Translations under genes and position numbers: made by a program
The notes under the pieces: generated by a model
Told to the model about the DNA's origin: nothing
The model's database searches: none
What the model saw: the letters and a program-made list of their open reading frames with translations, nothing else
In this document: positions 1 to 12,100 of the stretch, piece after piece
Layout: each line of letters opens with the position of its first letter
Numbering within the stretch: the first letter of the stretch is position 1
NCBI GenBank assembly: GCA_051294375.1
Contig: CM119265.1
Coordinates: forward strand, 23,525,449 to 23,589,448
Direction of reading: 5' to 3'
DNA: 64,000 bases
Origin: Paraspadella gotoi
Taxonomy: Eukaryota > Animalia > Chaetognatha

Positions 1-2622
1 CGGCCCGTCTCGTCCAGGCAGCCCCTCTGGCCCTGGATCTCCTTTTGGCCCCGGAATTTCATTGGTCAATATCTCTCCCTTTTGCCCCTTGATGCCAGGG
101 TCACCGCTTTCCCCTCTTAAACCGGAAGTCCCAGGCCTGCCAGTAGAACCTTTCTCCCTCTTTCTCCAGGTGGTCCCGGATCTCCAGTTTCTCCCTTCGC
201 TCCCGTCCCTCCCGCTTCTCCACTCAACCCCCCTTTCCCCACCTGGCCCCCTCTTCCCCGGGTCTGCCCCTTTTCCCCCTTTTGCCCCTTCTCGGCCAGG
301 GGTCCCGGAATTCCGGGCACACCTTCCTCTCCTTCTTCCCCCTTCTTCGCCTGACAACCCTCTCTCTCCCTTTTGTCCTCTTTCCCCTGCCTCTCCCTTC
401 TGCCGTCTTCGCCGGTCACCCTTCCTCCCGCTCTCGCCCTCGGTTCCCCCGCCGGTCCTTCCAACCCCTCTTCCCCCTAACCCCTTCTTCTCCTCTCTCC
501 CCCTTCTCCCCCCGTTCTCCTCTATTCCCCTTTATCCCTCTTTCCCCGGCGGCCCAACGGCCCTTCCGGCCTGCCTCGCCAATTGGACCAGTCTCGCCCC
601 TTGGCCCAACTGTGCCGTTTTCGCCCTTGGGCCCGACGGGGCATTCGAAGCAGGTCTCTTCCTCTGGCTCGACGGGCACGAAGTTGAACTCGGCGCAGCG
701 GTCGCGTTGTCCGCGGGTCGGGTCGCAGTCGATGTCGAGACGCTGGTGTGAAAATTAAGGCAAGTTTTATATTATGCTTTGGTATCTCTCTTTCTNNNNN
801 NNNNNNNNNNNNNNNNNNNNNNNNNNNNNNNNNNNNNNNNNNNNNNNNNNNNNNNNNNNNNNNNNNNNNNNNNNNNNNNNNNNNNNNNNNNNNNNNNNNN
901 NNNNNNNNNNNNNNNNNNNNNNNNNNNNNNNNNNNNNNNNNNNNNNNNNNNNNNNNNNNNNNNNNNNNNNNNNNNNNNNNNNNNNNNNNNNNNNNNNNNN
1001 NNNNNNNNNNNNNNNNNNNNNNNNNNNNNNNNNNNNNNNNNNNNNNNNNNNNNNNNNNNNNNNNNNNNNNNNNNNNNNNNNNNNNNNNNNNNNNNNNNNN
1101 NNNNNNNNNNNNNNNNNNNNNNNNNNNNNGAGAGAGAAAAAGAAGAAAGGCGCGTTCGTGAATAAATAATATAAAGTTTATATTAAGTGTAGGTATAATT
1201 ATATATTTAAAAAATGTGATAATATTCAGAAAATTGTCCTAAAAATTAAAAAGGCCAGATTTTTCCTCTTTTTTTGTGTGTTTTTAATCGCTCATTCGAA
1301 TCACATAAGGCCAAATTTTTTTAGATAAATCATGTTTTCCCCGCGATTTCGATATTAAAAGTGTCAAAAGTTGGTCAAAAGTTTTGGCAACTTTTTCATT
1401 TTTCCAAAAGGTATTTCTCTCAATGCCAACGACTTTATGAATTTTTCCGCGTGTACTCTTGACATACATACGAACGAAACTTTTGCGATCATTATCACAT
1501 ACTTTTTAATCATTCATTACCACCTATAATTCTAGCCTAATGATTTACCTATATAACTTATATTATTCGCATAATTTTATATGAATCACACACAAAGTAG
1601 CATTACAGATATAACCAACAGTATCTACGAAGTCTTTCCCCATCTCTTTTCCAACCCCAATCCCTTCCTCACAAAACCACCTTTTCCTCTTCCACTCCCA
1701 GATGCAACTTGTGCCACGACGTGTCGAACATCCTCTTGACGTCGCGCTTGAAGATGACGCGTTTCGGCGCGCCCTGCGAGTCCACGAAGAAGAACTCGAC
1801 GCGCCGATCGCGCCCGTCGACGCGGACGCCCCATTGCGGGCGTCGGCGCGGGTCCTCCAGGCGAATCAGGTCCCAGTCGGCGTCGACGGTCCTTTCCGGC
1901 GTCCGGAACGTCGCCACGAAAGAGAACCGATCGGGCACGTTGGCCGGAAAGGCAGCGGCCGTCTCCGCTCGGAGGTCGTCGGGTGAGTCGGAAAGCCGTC
2001 TGGAGAGAGTTTGTGCGCGGGCGGATTTCACACCGGGGAGGCTTGAAGGAAGTCGAGAGAGAGGATGGGGGGGGGCGAGTCCGGGGAGGGGGCAGGAGGA
2101 TAGCAAGTGGACTTACATCCGTTCTTATATATTTATATATGTATAAATCAATAATCCATCCGAACAATCGAATGAATCAATCAATGTACTAAACAAGTCA
2201 AATCAAGAAATATATTATTAAATCAATCAATCAAGTAATTGTTAAGCAAATCGATTAAGTGATCATTGAAACTATAGACCTCCCAATTCAAGATATTGAC
2301 CGACTTGAAACCACTTTATTTGCCTCCTCTGTCCCGTTACTAGTGACGTTACTACGTTACGTCTCATTCTCCCTATCACCAAATCACCCACCCCCTCTCC
2401 CCCTCACCTCCCCCGTTCGAATCCCAAATCGGACAAAAGATCGAAAACTGGAAGATCCTCCGGCCTCGCCTCGCCGCCCCTGGGGCACGCCCCCTTTGTC
2501 GGCTCCTCCGCCGCCGATTGCCCTTTTGTCGGCGACCAGAGAGTCAAGGACAACAACAACAACGACGACAACGAGAGCGAGGCTGGGGGCGTCGAGGCCG
2601 CCGGCGGCGAAAGAACAGGCAT
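1..2622 (-). CDS. FACIT-type collagen (COL9A1-like: signal peptide + TSPN/LamG NC4 domain + Gly-X-Y helix), 5' part; continues beyond left edge
   Basis: GT-AG exons: 2622-2408 (signal MPVLSPP..LLLLSLTLWSPTKG, then ACP..EDLPVFDLL), 2041-1673 (LQTAFRL..FSFVATFR..WDLIRLED..QWGVRVDG..MFDTSWHKLHLGV) and 742-<1 (RLDIDCDPTRGQRDRCAE, then GPK-GEN-GTV-GPR.. triplets). These motifs parallel the COL9A1 NC4 domain. One TSPN exon is probably hidden in the N-gap 796-1129. Several 1-nt frameshifts are probably sequencing errors. Confidence 0.9.
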
Positions 2623-5600
2623 CTGTTGTTGACGAGGAGTTTGGGAGGAGGGGAGGGTTGGTTCTCACTCGGAGGAGGTGGGGGGCAGGGTAGTTTGTTG
2701 GGAATGAGGGTGGGAAGCGGGAGATGGGTTAAGAAGGTAGAACTTTTCCGTTTGACATTTGCTTTTTTTTTTTTAATTTATCGTTGACGATTTTTAGGTA
2801 TTGCTAGTATGGAAATAAAAATAAAGTAATAAATACATGGTATACAAAAAATAAAATCATATAAATTTTAATAAGTAAACTAATAAATGAAGTCATATAA
2901 ACAAAAAAAAATAGAATTAAAAAAAAAACTAATGAAAATATGACGGGATCGAATGGAGTTGTTCTGCTCAGAGTTTCTTTCGAAAGATTCGAAGTAAAAA
3001 TAATATTTTCATTTCTCGCAGCAGAAACCAGAGGAAAATAAGACGTTGGAAATCGGAGGCGAGATTCGATCCAGGAAATGTCTGGATTCGTGTCTCTCTT
3101 CGTGTTGTCGTTGGAAATCTTCTTATTTATATGTATTAAATATAAAGTACTGATTTTTGTATATACAACGTATAAAGGTTTGTAGTACCACACGTCGGAT
3201 TCGTAAGATTGCAATGGGTCCTAGCAAAAGAGAGACGGGCCAGTTTAACCAATGGTGGCGAGCCTAACGCCCGATCCGAAGTTCCGGGAACTAACGGAGA
3301 GGCACAGGGCAGTGGGCACGCTAAGTGTGTGAACTATCCACTATTCGCTTGGCGACGCCCTCTCCTCTCGGTCACCTCAGCTAACTGGGATCACTCACTG
3401 GGAACAGATATGATTGCGACAGAGAATCAGAGAATTTGATTAAAAACATATGGAAACCAATAAAGGAATCTTTGGAAATTGATTAATTGATTTATTAATT
3501 AATAAATTAACTTGCCTTTGATGCACTCGGTGACGTTAACCGCGTATTTCGCTTCGATCGTTATCTTTGTTCATTTGAGGACATTGCGTGTCACGTGACT
3601 TGACGTCCGTGAGAAAGTTCAAACTCTTTTAAAACAATGTGGCGTTAAATATAAAATATATACAAAACATTAAACAAACAAAATATTCCCTGGGATGATT
3701 TAAAGAAATAAAATGAAAAAAAAATATTAAAAAAATTAAAGTTTTAATTTAAGTTTTTTTGAAAAAACAACATTTTTTTTCTCGTCAAAACAAGAACTGA
3801 ACAACAACAACAACCACGACGATCCAACACGAATGACTACTTCGCTCGAGGGCAGAAATTCTACTAAATAATTAAAAATTAATTGAGTCCGAAATAATTC
3901 CGAAAAAAATTCTAAGAAAAGTAGAAAATTTCAAGACGTACGAAATTATTTTTTAAAAATTTTATTAATTCTTCGTATAAATTAAAAGAAGTCTCGTGAA
4001 AATATTCCAAAGGAAGAATAGCGTTAATTTGATGTTCACTTTTTTTTTTTTACTTTTAACAATTAACTTTATTTCTTTTCCTTTAGAATTCTTCTTTGGC
4101 GGTTTTTACGATGGTCCGATGTTGGGGGAAACAATGAAAAAAAGATGATAAAAATTCCTTTTTATAATTTTTTAAAGAAATCTTTATTTTTGTTTTTTAG
4201 TAGATTTTTCCGGGAAAAAGTACACAAGATAGTTTGTTTTTTTTTCTTAATTGCCGGTAAGAAATGAAATTCAGAGCTAAGGCTAGCGAGAGCGAAAGGT
4301 AAAAAGGAGGGAGAGGGAGAGGATGAAAAAAATAATAGAGACAGAGACAGACTTTCTTATCGACGAATTGTGTTACGAAGAGAGAGAGAGAGAGAGAGCG
4401 TCGAATTGTGTTACGGCGTCGGAAGGCGATAATCATCGGATTCCCTTTTCCCTCTTCCGGCGAGAAATCAAAACAGCTGTTCCTTTGTTTGTCGTTGATA
4501 TTTTGATTTTATGGTTATTCACATTTTTTTAAAAATGAGAAGAATGACGTGATACTAAAATTTTACATCTTGATGTCTTTTAAAAAAAGGGAAGATACGT
4601 AAAAAACCAGATGGTATGTATTTCTTTTTCCCCTTAAAATGATGATAAAATAGACACAATCTTCATTGTCAAATGTTATCACCAGCGAGCAAAAAAAAAA
4701 AAAATATTTAAAATGATTTGAATTTGATTAGAATTTAATCCAGAATCTGAATCTGATTTTTTTTCTTTTCTGAATGCGAGCCTCACGCGGCGAGACGAGA
4801 CTTCGGACAAAGAATTCCTTCGAGATCTCGACGGTTGCGGGTCTGAGCGAAAAACAAGAAGAATAAATGTTGTATTTTTCGGGTTTATTATTGTAAAGTT
4901 TACAATTATTAACCAAATCTCCATTCGCCTGCCCTTATTTCCTCTACCCCTTTGATCAGCCCCCAGCTCCTCCCTTCATCTTCGCCCCTTTTAACCCTCA
5001 ATTTTTCATTTTCTTCAACGATAAACCGTGAAAAAAAAATAATATTTTTTTTTCCGGAGGTGGATGCACCGACGTATTTACTCGACGTTATTTATCATCG
5101 CAATTTATGTCATTAGGCTATCGTAAACACTTAGTTGGGATGATTTAAAAGGAGGCGCTTTGCCTTAAAAAGTGAGAAAAATAAGTGTTTTAAGGGGAGG
5201 AGCTGGGGGAAAGTTAAGGGGGTCAACCTTTTGAGATCCTCGTGTTTCGCACTTTCTCAGAAATATATATTTCTCTAATTTTTAAAATTAACCAAATAAT
5301 AATAAAAAAAACCTACTCCTACTGTAAATAAGTTTGAAAATGAATAAGAAAAAAAAATTACTGTTTTCTTTTCAAACATTTACCTCTGCATTTATATCAC
5401 TTTTTCAAAAATATTAATAATACTTTTTTATGGTCGAAAAACATATTTTCTAAATTAAGAAGGGACAAAGTCCATGTAGAAAAAATGTATTCTGTAGTAC
5501 AAAACAGAGGACGAAAAAAATAGACTCTCAAAAATAACAACAACGACAACAAGCCAAACAACGACTAAAGACATTCTTCCCATTTCACGTTTTTCTTAAG

Positions 5601-6799
5601 GGTCGATTACGTAAACTCATAATAAAAAATTAGAATAGTCAAATTTGTATCACAAGACAAGTGAGTGGTTTGTTTATTTGTTCACGAGTTTTGACGAAAT
5701 CAGTTATGACGTTTGACATCCGATCCTCGTCCGTCTTCTTGTATTTCGACTTCGTTACGCGCGATACGCTTTCGACGTCTTCACATCTTATCCTTCTTCT
5801 TGCTTCTTCTTGCATCTTTCTGCTCGCATCCATCTGCAACTTTTTCAACGCATTTCTTTATACATGCATATTTACACCCTCAAAGACAAACAACGTGCAA
5901 TACTTAATATCTAGGTGTGTCTCACTCTCCCGATAGATTTTACATGTAAAATTTGTTTCTAAATCCGCACGCTAACAACGCGACTCTTTCTCATCATTTA
6001 CACCCACTTTCACACGCAATCTGCACGTAGCCTGGATTTTCCCCCTTTTATTTCCGCGATAAAACTCGGCTAGTTTACGAGGCTTCGAATGTAAACCCAG
6101 TTTCGGGTCTTCGGCCACCAGAGTGACAACTGATTGAGGCGGAGGTGAGCGACCTACTTACGGACAAAAGGGCAAGGGGATTGAAAGTCAGCGAAAAGAT
6201 CAATGGCGAAAGCAATGATCTATGAGTATTGAGCAGAGAACATCCTTTCCAAGGAACAATGTCAAATTATTCATGTTTTGTAAATAATTGTAAAAAAGGC
6301 AAAAGTTAAATTTATCCCAGTTATGTCCTTAATAAATTTAGCTTTACTACCTTCTTGGCAAGTTCTTTAATTTTGAGAAGATATAAAACTCGTTTCATGT
6401 TACTCAGGGTTGATCTAACTGTCTGTATTTACATTATTACTCCTGTACGTCTTACGTGCCAAACGCCAAAGATGTACTGAAAAATACTTAAAATACCGAA
6501 ACGCAGAAAATTGGAACTTGTAATTTCCGGAAAAGAATAAAAAACAAAACAAAAAACACCACGGATCCAAAATTCAAGTGTTAACTGAATCACCCCTCGA
6601 ATAAAAAAAGTAATAAAACTAAGTGGAAAAAAAAATTTAAAAAAATAAGAATAGTTTAAAAAAATAGCTTTTTTTTTATACAACGGTCAATGGAGAAAAT
6701 ATATTTATGAAAGAATTTCGTAGTAAAAATAATTATAAACGTTTTTTAAAAAAAAACATTAAACAAAAAAAAAAATAGTTCGTAAAAAGTTTTTCTTCG

Positions 6800-9116
6800 T
6801 TACGTCTCAATCTTAGTTTCTCTGTTGATTTCTAACATTTCAGTCGAGTTGTTGTTCCTTTGTCTGTTTTTGTTGACGAGCGGCGTCACGCTGGAGCAGG
6901 AAGCCTTCTCCGCGTCGCCGCCGCCGCCGCTCCTCGCAGCGGCGGCCCGCTCCGTCCGCCGCCGCTCCAGCATCGTCAGCAGCGTCTGCAGCACGAGATC
7001 CGGCGCCGCAGCGGCGGCGACGCTGACGAAGACGACTAGCCACGTGACGGGAACGGAGAAAGTCTGCAGGAACGAGAGGTAGACCGGCGCCGATCGCGGC
7101 GTCGCCGAGTAGATCAGCGAAAAGGCTAGGAACGCCGCCATGGTGCCCCAGTAGAAAACGTGGGTCCACCGGGTCCAATGCTTGGTCAGGATCCATAGTT
7201 TGAGGTTGATCACGACCACGCTGATCGTAATGACGAGGACGCCGAAGTCCCAGTTGGAGAGCGCGGCGACGCCGGTGTCGTCGACGGCGCCGGATAAGAC
7301 GGCGCCGTAGGGAAGGTAGTAGTAAATGAGGCTGTGGAAATAGGCCAGCGCGATCCAGCCCAGGAACACCCAGATGGTCATGTACCGGTTCCGGCTGATA
7401 TTGCGGTAGAGCTCCGGGTTGTCCAGGAGGATCTCCTTGGAGTAATTCTGCTCCATGACTCCGTAGCAGATGATGGGGAGTGCGGTGAAGAGAAGGTTGA
7501 AACCCTGGAAAAAATATGGATCAGTCAATCAATCGATAAATTAATTTATTATATATCATCTTTCAACCAATTAAATCGTCGTTTGTCAATCAATCACTGG
7601 AACATTTCAAACGATTAATTCAACAATCCATTAAAAATGACTCAAATAATTAATCCACAACAAAGTCATTTGCAATTAATCAATCAAACTTTCAAAATTG
7701 CGCCAGCTGACCATCGAAGTTTTTTGTTGCTAAAAAATCATCATAAAATAATGAAATCGATCAATACATAAAATCAAACATCTTTAAACAAGTTTGGGCA
7801 AATAATGCTAGATCTGCTCACGATAATTCAATTATACTCTTATTTAATACAATTTACAATAATAATAATCACTAGTTTTTCAACCTTGTCTCCGACTCAA
7901 AAGGAAAAAAAATTCAAAAGGGAAATGTGATTTTTGTTTTTTCCATTTAAACTCATTTTCACACGGACGATTCCAGCGAAACTTGATTTCCAGCTCAATC
8001 ACAAATTTCTTTACCAACATACAAAATTACAAGCCAATCGAACAATCCACTCATGAGTAATTCGCGTTCAAAGCTAAGAAGGGACGGACAGACGGACGGA
8101 TGGACGGACGGACATCAATTTTTTTCTTCATAATTTATCATCATTCGATGATCTGATAATATCTCAGTAACTTAACGACAAGATTTTGGGATGGGACCGA
8201 CGGACCGAAAATGCTTATTAGAGAGCCGAAATCTTCTGTAAAAACAGATCCGGCTAAAAACCATTCCCACTTTGATCAATTAAAGAAACCAGTCAATCAT
8301 TGACCCAACGATAGATGTCATAGATTTTTTTTCCACCTGCAAATAGATGCTTTCGAAAAGCGTGGCGGCCGAGTAGCGGTTCTCCTTAGCGTAATAGAGC
8401 TGAGGCGAGGCGTAGGCTAAATTTTTATAGATGACGTACATGATGAAAACTGAGATACGATAATAGTACCAGTGGCCGTGGACGAGAACCGCCTTTTTAA
8501 GAAAGCGGAACTTGGAAAAGGCGAAGTCGGAACATCTGGAAAGAGCGAAAGTGGGGGAAATGGAAGGGGGGAGAGAGAGAGGGAGAGGTAAGGAGGGGGG
8601 GAGAGAAAGTGAGAGAGAAACAAAAAGGTAAACAGAGAAAAAGAGAGAAAGAGTGAGTGAGAGTGAAAGATAGAAAGAGAGAGAGAAATATTGACAGTGT
8701 GATTTATCATTTACAACAATTTTACTAAGCGAACGTTTTCGCCGTCTACTCCTTTCACCACCCAAGCCACTCACCCACACCTCCCACCTTAACCCAAACC
8801 CCCCCCATCCTCACCTCACTGCCTGCCTCCCCTCTTTCCCCATGATCCCGATCCCTAAATGCGCCTCCTGGATCATGGAGACGTCGTTGGCTCCGTCGCC
8901 GATCGCCGCGCAGACCGGCGACCCGGGGAAGTTCTTGGCCATGGCCACGATCTGCGCCTTGTGCAGCGGCGACATGCGGCAGCAGAGCACCGTGCTGCAG
9001 CGGCGGGAGACTTCGGCGAAACGCGGCTTGAGGAGTGGCGCTCGATGAGGGTGAGAGTGGCGCCATCAACGACGAGGCAATGGCGGTCGGGGGAACGGGA
9101 GGTGGGAGAAGCTGCG

Positions 9117-9171
<55 letters not shown>

Positions 9172-12100
9172 AGAGAGAGAGAGAAATGAGGAGAAATGAT
9201 AAAGGAAAGGTTTCAACAATTGAAAGTATCAAGCCAATCAGAAAGAATTCAAGAATGGCATACGGACACCTTTTCCAGTTTACCTCCCTCTCACCTTTAC
9301 CAGCTTAACCCTCTCACCATCTCTCCATATTTCCCCGCTTTCCCCCTCTCTCACCTTCTCCAGCTTCTCCAGCTTTTCTCTCAGCTCCGTCTCCCCCTTG
9401 TTGTCCGTCAACTCGTGCATGGCCATCCTCTTGTCGAAGTGACCGCAGCTGAAGGAAATGTTGATGGCCGTCTTCTTCTTGTCTCCAGTCAGCACCCAGA
9501 CGTGCACCCCGGCGCGGTTGAGGCTGATCAGAGTGTCCTTGACGCCCTCTTGGAGGAGATCCTCGATTCCCGTGGCGCCGACGCAAGTGAGGCGGGTCTC
9601 GATGGCGGAGTAGACCTAGGGGGAGGTCAGGGTGGTTCGTGGGTGAGTTGTGGGGAAGAGTTGGGAAGGGGAAGGAGAATGAAACGTTTAAAAACATTGG
9701 ACATTCCAAGTTGGCATTAACACTCTGAAAACGATAAACTAAAGTGATAAAATTAACAAACAAAACATAGATACAATAATAAATAATAAATCCAACAAAA
9801 GTGACGAAAATATAAAATCACGACTGAAAACAATAAAGAAAAAAACATTATATTAAAAAAAATTTAAAAAATTAAAAAGGAACAAGCATTAAATAAAAAT
9901 GAAGCGAATACTAGAATACGAACGCAACCTGAGATAGCTTCTTCTCCCTGTCGCCCATCGCCGTTTGCGCCTCGACGAGTCGGGCGTCGAAATCCCGGAA
10001 CTCCTCCTCGCTCAGCACCCTCTGCCCGAAGACGAGCGTCCGGAGTCCCTCGCCCGCGAAGTCCTCCAGATGGCGGAAGGCGTCCTCCTTGTCGCCGTCG
10101 ACGATCTTCGGTTCGAGACTCGACTCGGCGCCTTTGGTCATGAGGAGCCGTTGGCCTGTCTTGAGGTTTTGAACTGAGAGGAGGAGGAGGAGGAGGAGGA
10201 GGAAGAGGAGGAAAAATAACGGCGATGTTAGGACTTAGGAGAGATGAGGTGAGAAGAGAGATGGATCGACTGCAACACGGGTCCCATGGTGTAACGGTTA
10301 GCACTCAGGACTCTGAATCCTGCAATCCGAGTTCGAATCTCGGTGGGACCTTTTTTGCCGGTGAATATTATTTTTCAATTGATCTCTCGGTGACATGTTT
10401 ACTGGTTAGCAATGAGGATTATGAATCATGAAAGTGAAATGCACGTTAAAATTTAAATTAGCAGTATTATTAAACTGTTAAGTAATAGTCCCATGGTGTA
10501 ATATCATTATGTATTAGCATCAATCAATTCAAGTTCGAGTAAAGGCAGGACTTTTTTGCAGATAAAAGGTACATTAGCAGTTGATTAATGTTAATGTTCA
10601 AATCTCGGTGGGACCTTCAAAATTAATATCATTCAATAACTGTTGCTGATGGTTTTTTTTCACTTTTTCATTCTCTTTACTTTTCAAGGGAAAAAGACAT
10701 TCACAATTGGACAAATAATCATCCTTTCACCAACATTCACAAAAAACTTCCCCCACTCACCTATCACGCTCATGCATTTCCTAGTTGGATCAAAATCCAA
10801 AATGTGAAAGACTTTGAACAGAATCTCTTCTCCCTTCACGTCGACGATCCTGTTGCCGGCGTCGGGTTTCCCGGCATCCACCACGCCTTTGAAGACCACG
10901 CCCACCGACTTGGCCGCTTCCACGAACGCCTTCTCATCCGGAGAAGACGCCTGATGAAGGTGTCGATTGGGCGGAGGGAAATTAGAAATTTCAGGTTTTT
11001 CACTGCGTGTCATTTGTAAGGTCTGTCGGTTTTTTTGTTTTCTCATGTCCATTAAGCGTTTCTCCGTCTATCGTTCAGTGTCTTTTTTTTTCTATCACTC
11101 TTATTCATGCCTCACTCTTTTTTGTAAAACAGAAACTTAGAAAAAGTGCAAGGTCCCGTGGTGTAACGGTTAGCACTCAGGACTCTGAATCCTGCAATCC
11201 GAGTTCAAATCTCGGCGGGACCTTTTTACAGCTTTTTACGAAGATGAGAATTGAAAACAAAACTTAATGGATTGCGTCAATACATATTTGAGTCTCAATT
11301 CTCATATAAGGAGTTAACCTAAATTTTCACGATATGGAATAGTATGATTCAATATTGACATAATAATTTCCTAAAAGATGCAAAGGTCCCGTGGTGTAAT
11401 GGTAAGCATTCAGGACTTTGAATCCTGCGATCCGAGTTCAAATCTCGGTGGGACCTTAAGGCGAAGAGACAACGCAAACATATTCAGATTGATTCTTCTT
11501 CTTTTTATGCTATATCTTACCTTGTACTGCAAGTCCCCCCCTCGCCTCTCCACCACTACGGTGTGATTCATGACCATGTTGATCAACAGCTGTTGGAGGG
11601 CTTCATCGGCGGAAGTCACTATCTCCTTTGACAAAGGAGCCGGCGGATGTAAAGAGGTCAGGGGTTGATGGAGGGAAGAGTGGGAAAGAAGGAAAAGAGA
11701 GGGAATGGAAAAATCTGAAATTCTTGGAACCAGAGAGGAAGTACCTCGTTCAATTGTTCAGCCATTTTCATCTTTTCAAATAATCCCATCTCCCTTGTAT
11801 GACGAGGCACTTATCCCCTACCTTGCTGGTCTTGTCCAGCAGATCCCCGTCCGACATGATGTAGCGCCTTCCGCCCGCCGATGCTGCTCGGAACTCCATG
11901 GAGTTCTCGGTGAGAGTCCCGGTCTTGTCGGAGAAGAGGTAGTTGATCTGACCCAACTCTTCGCTGATGTCCGAAGTGTTGCAGATTGGCCATTCGTCTC
12001 CGTCCTCGGTCTTCATCTCTGCGTCCCAGCTATGAAGGTTAAAACGTTTGGTTTCTATTTGGTTTGTTTATTGGTATATAAAGCTTATCAACTGTATTTT

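Noticed and set aside
6030-6245. 7SK or U3 snRNA (GGATGT start and GATC..GATC hairpin on the minus strand)
   Set aside because: Internal TTTT runs would stop Pol III; no 7SK 3' hairpin or ordered U3 boxes; a decayed transposase reading fits as well.
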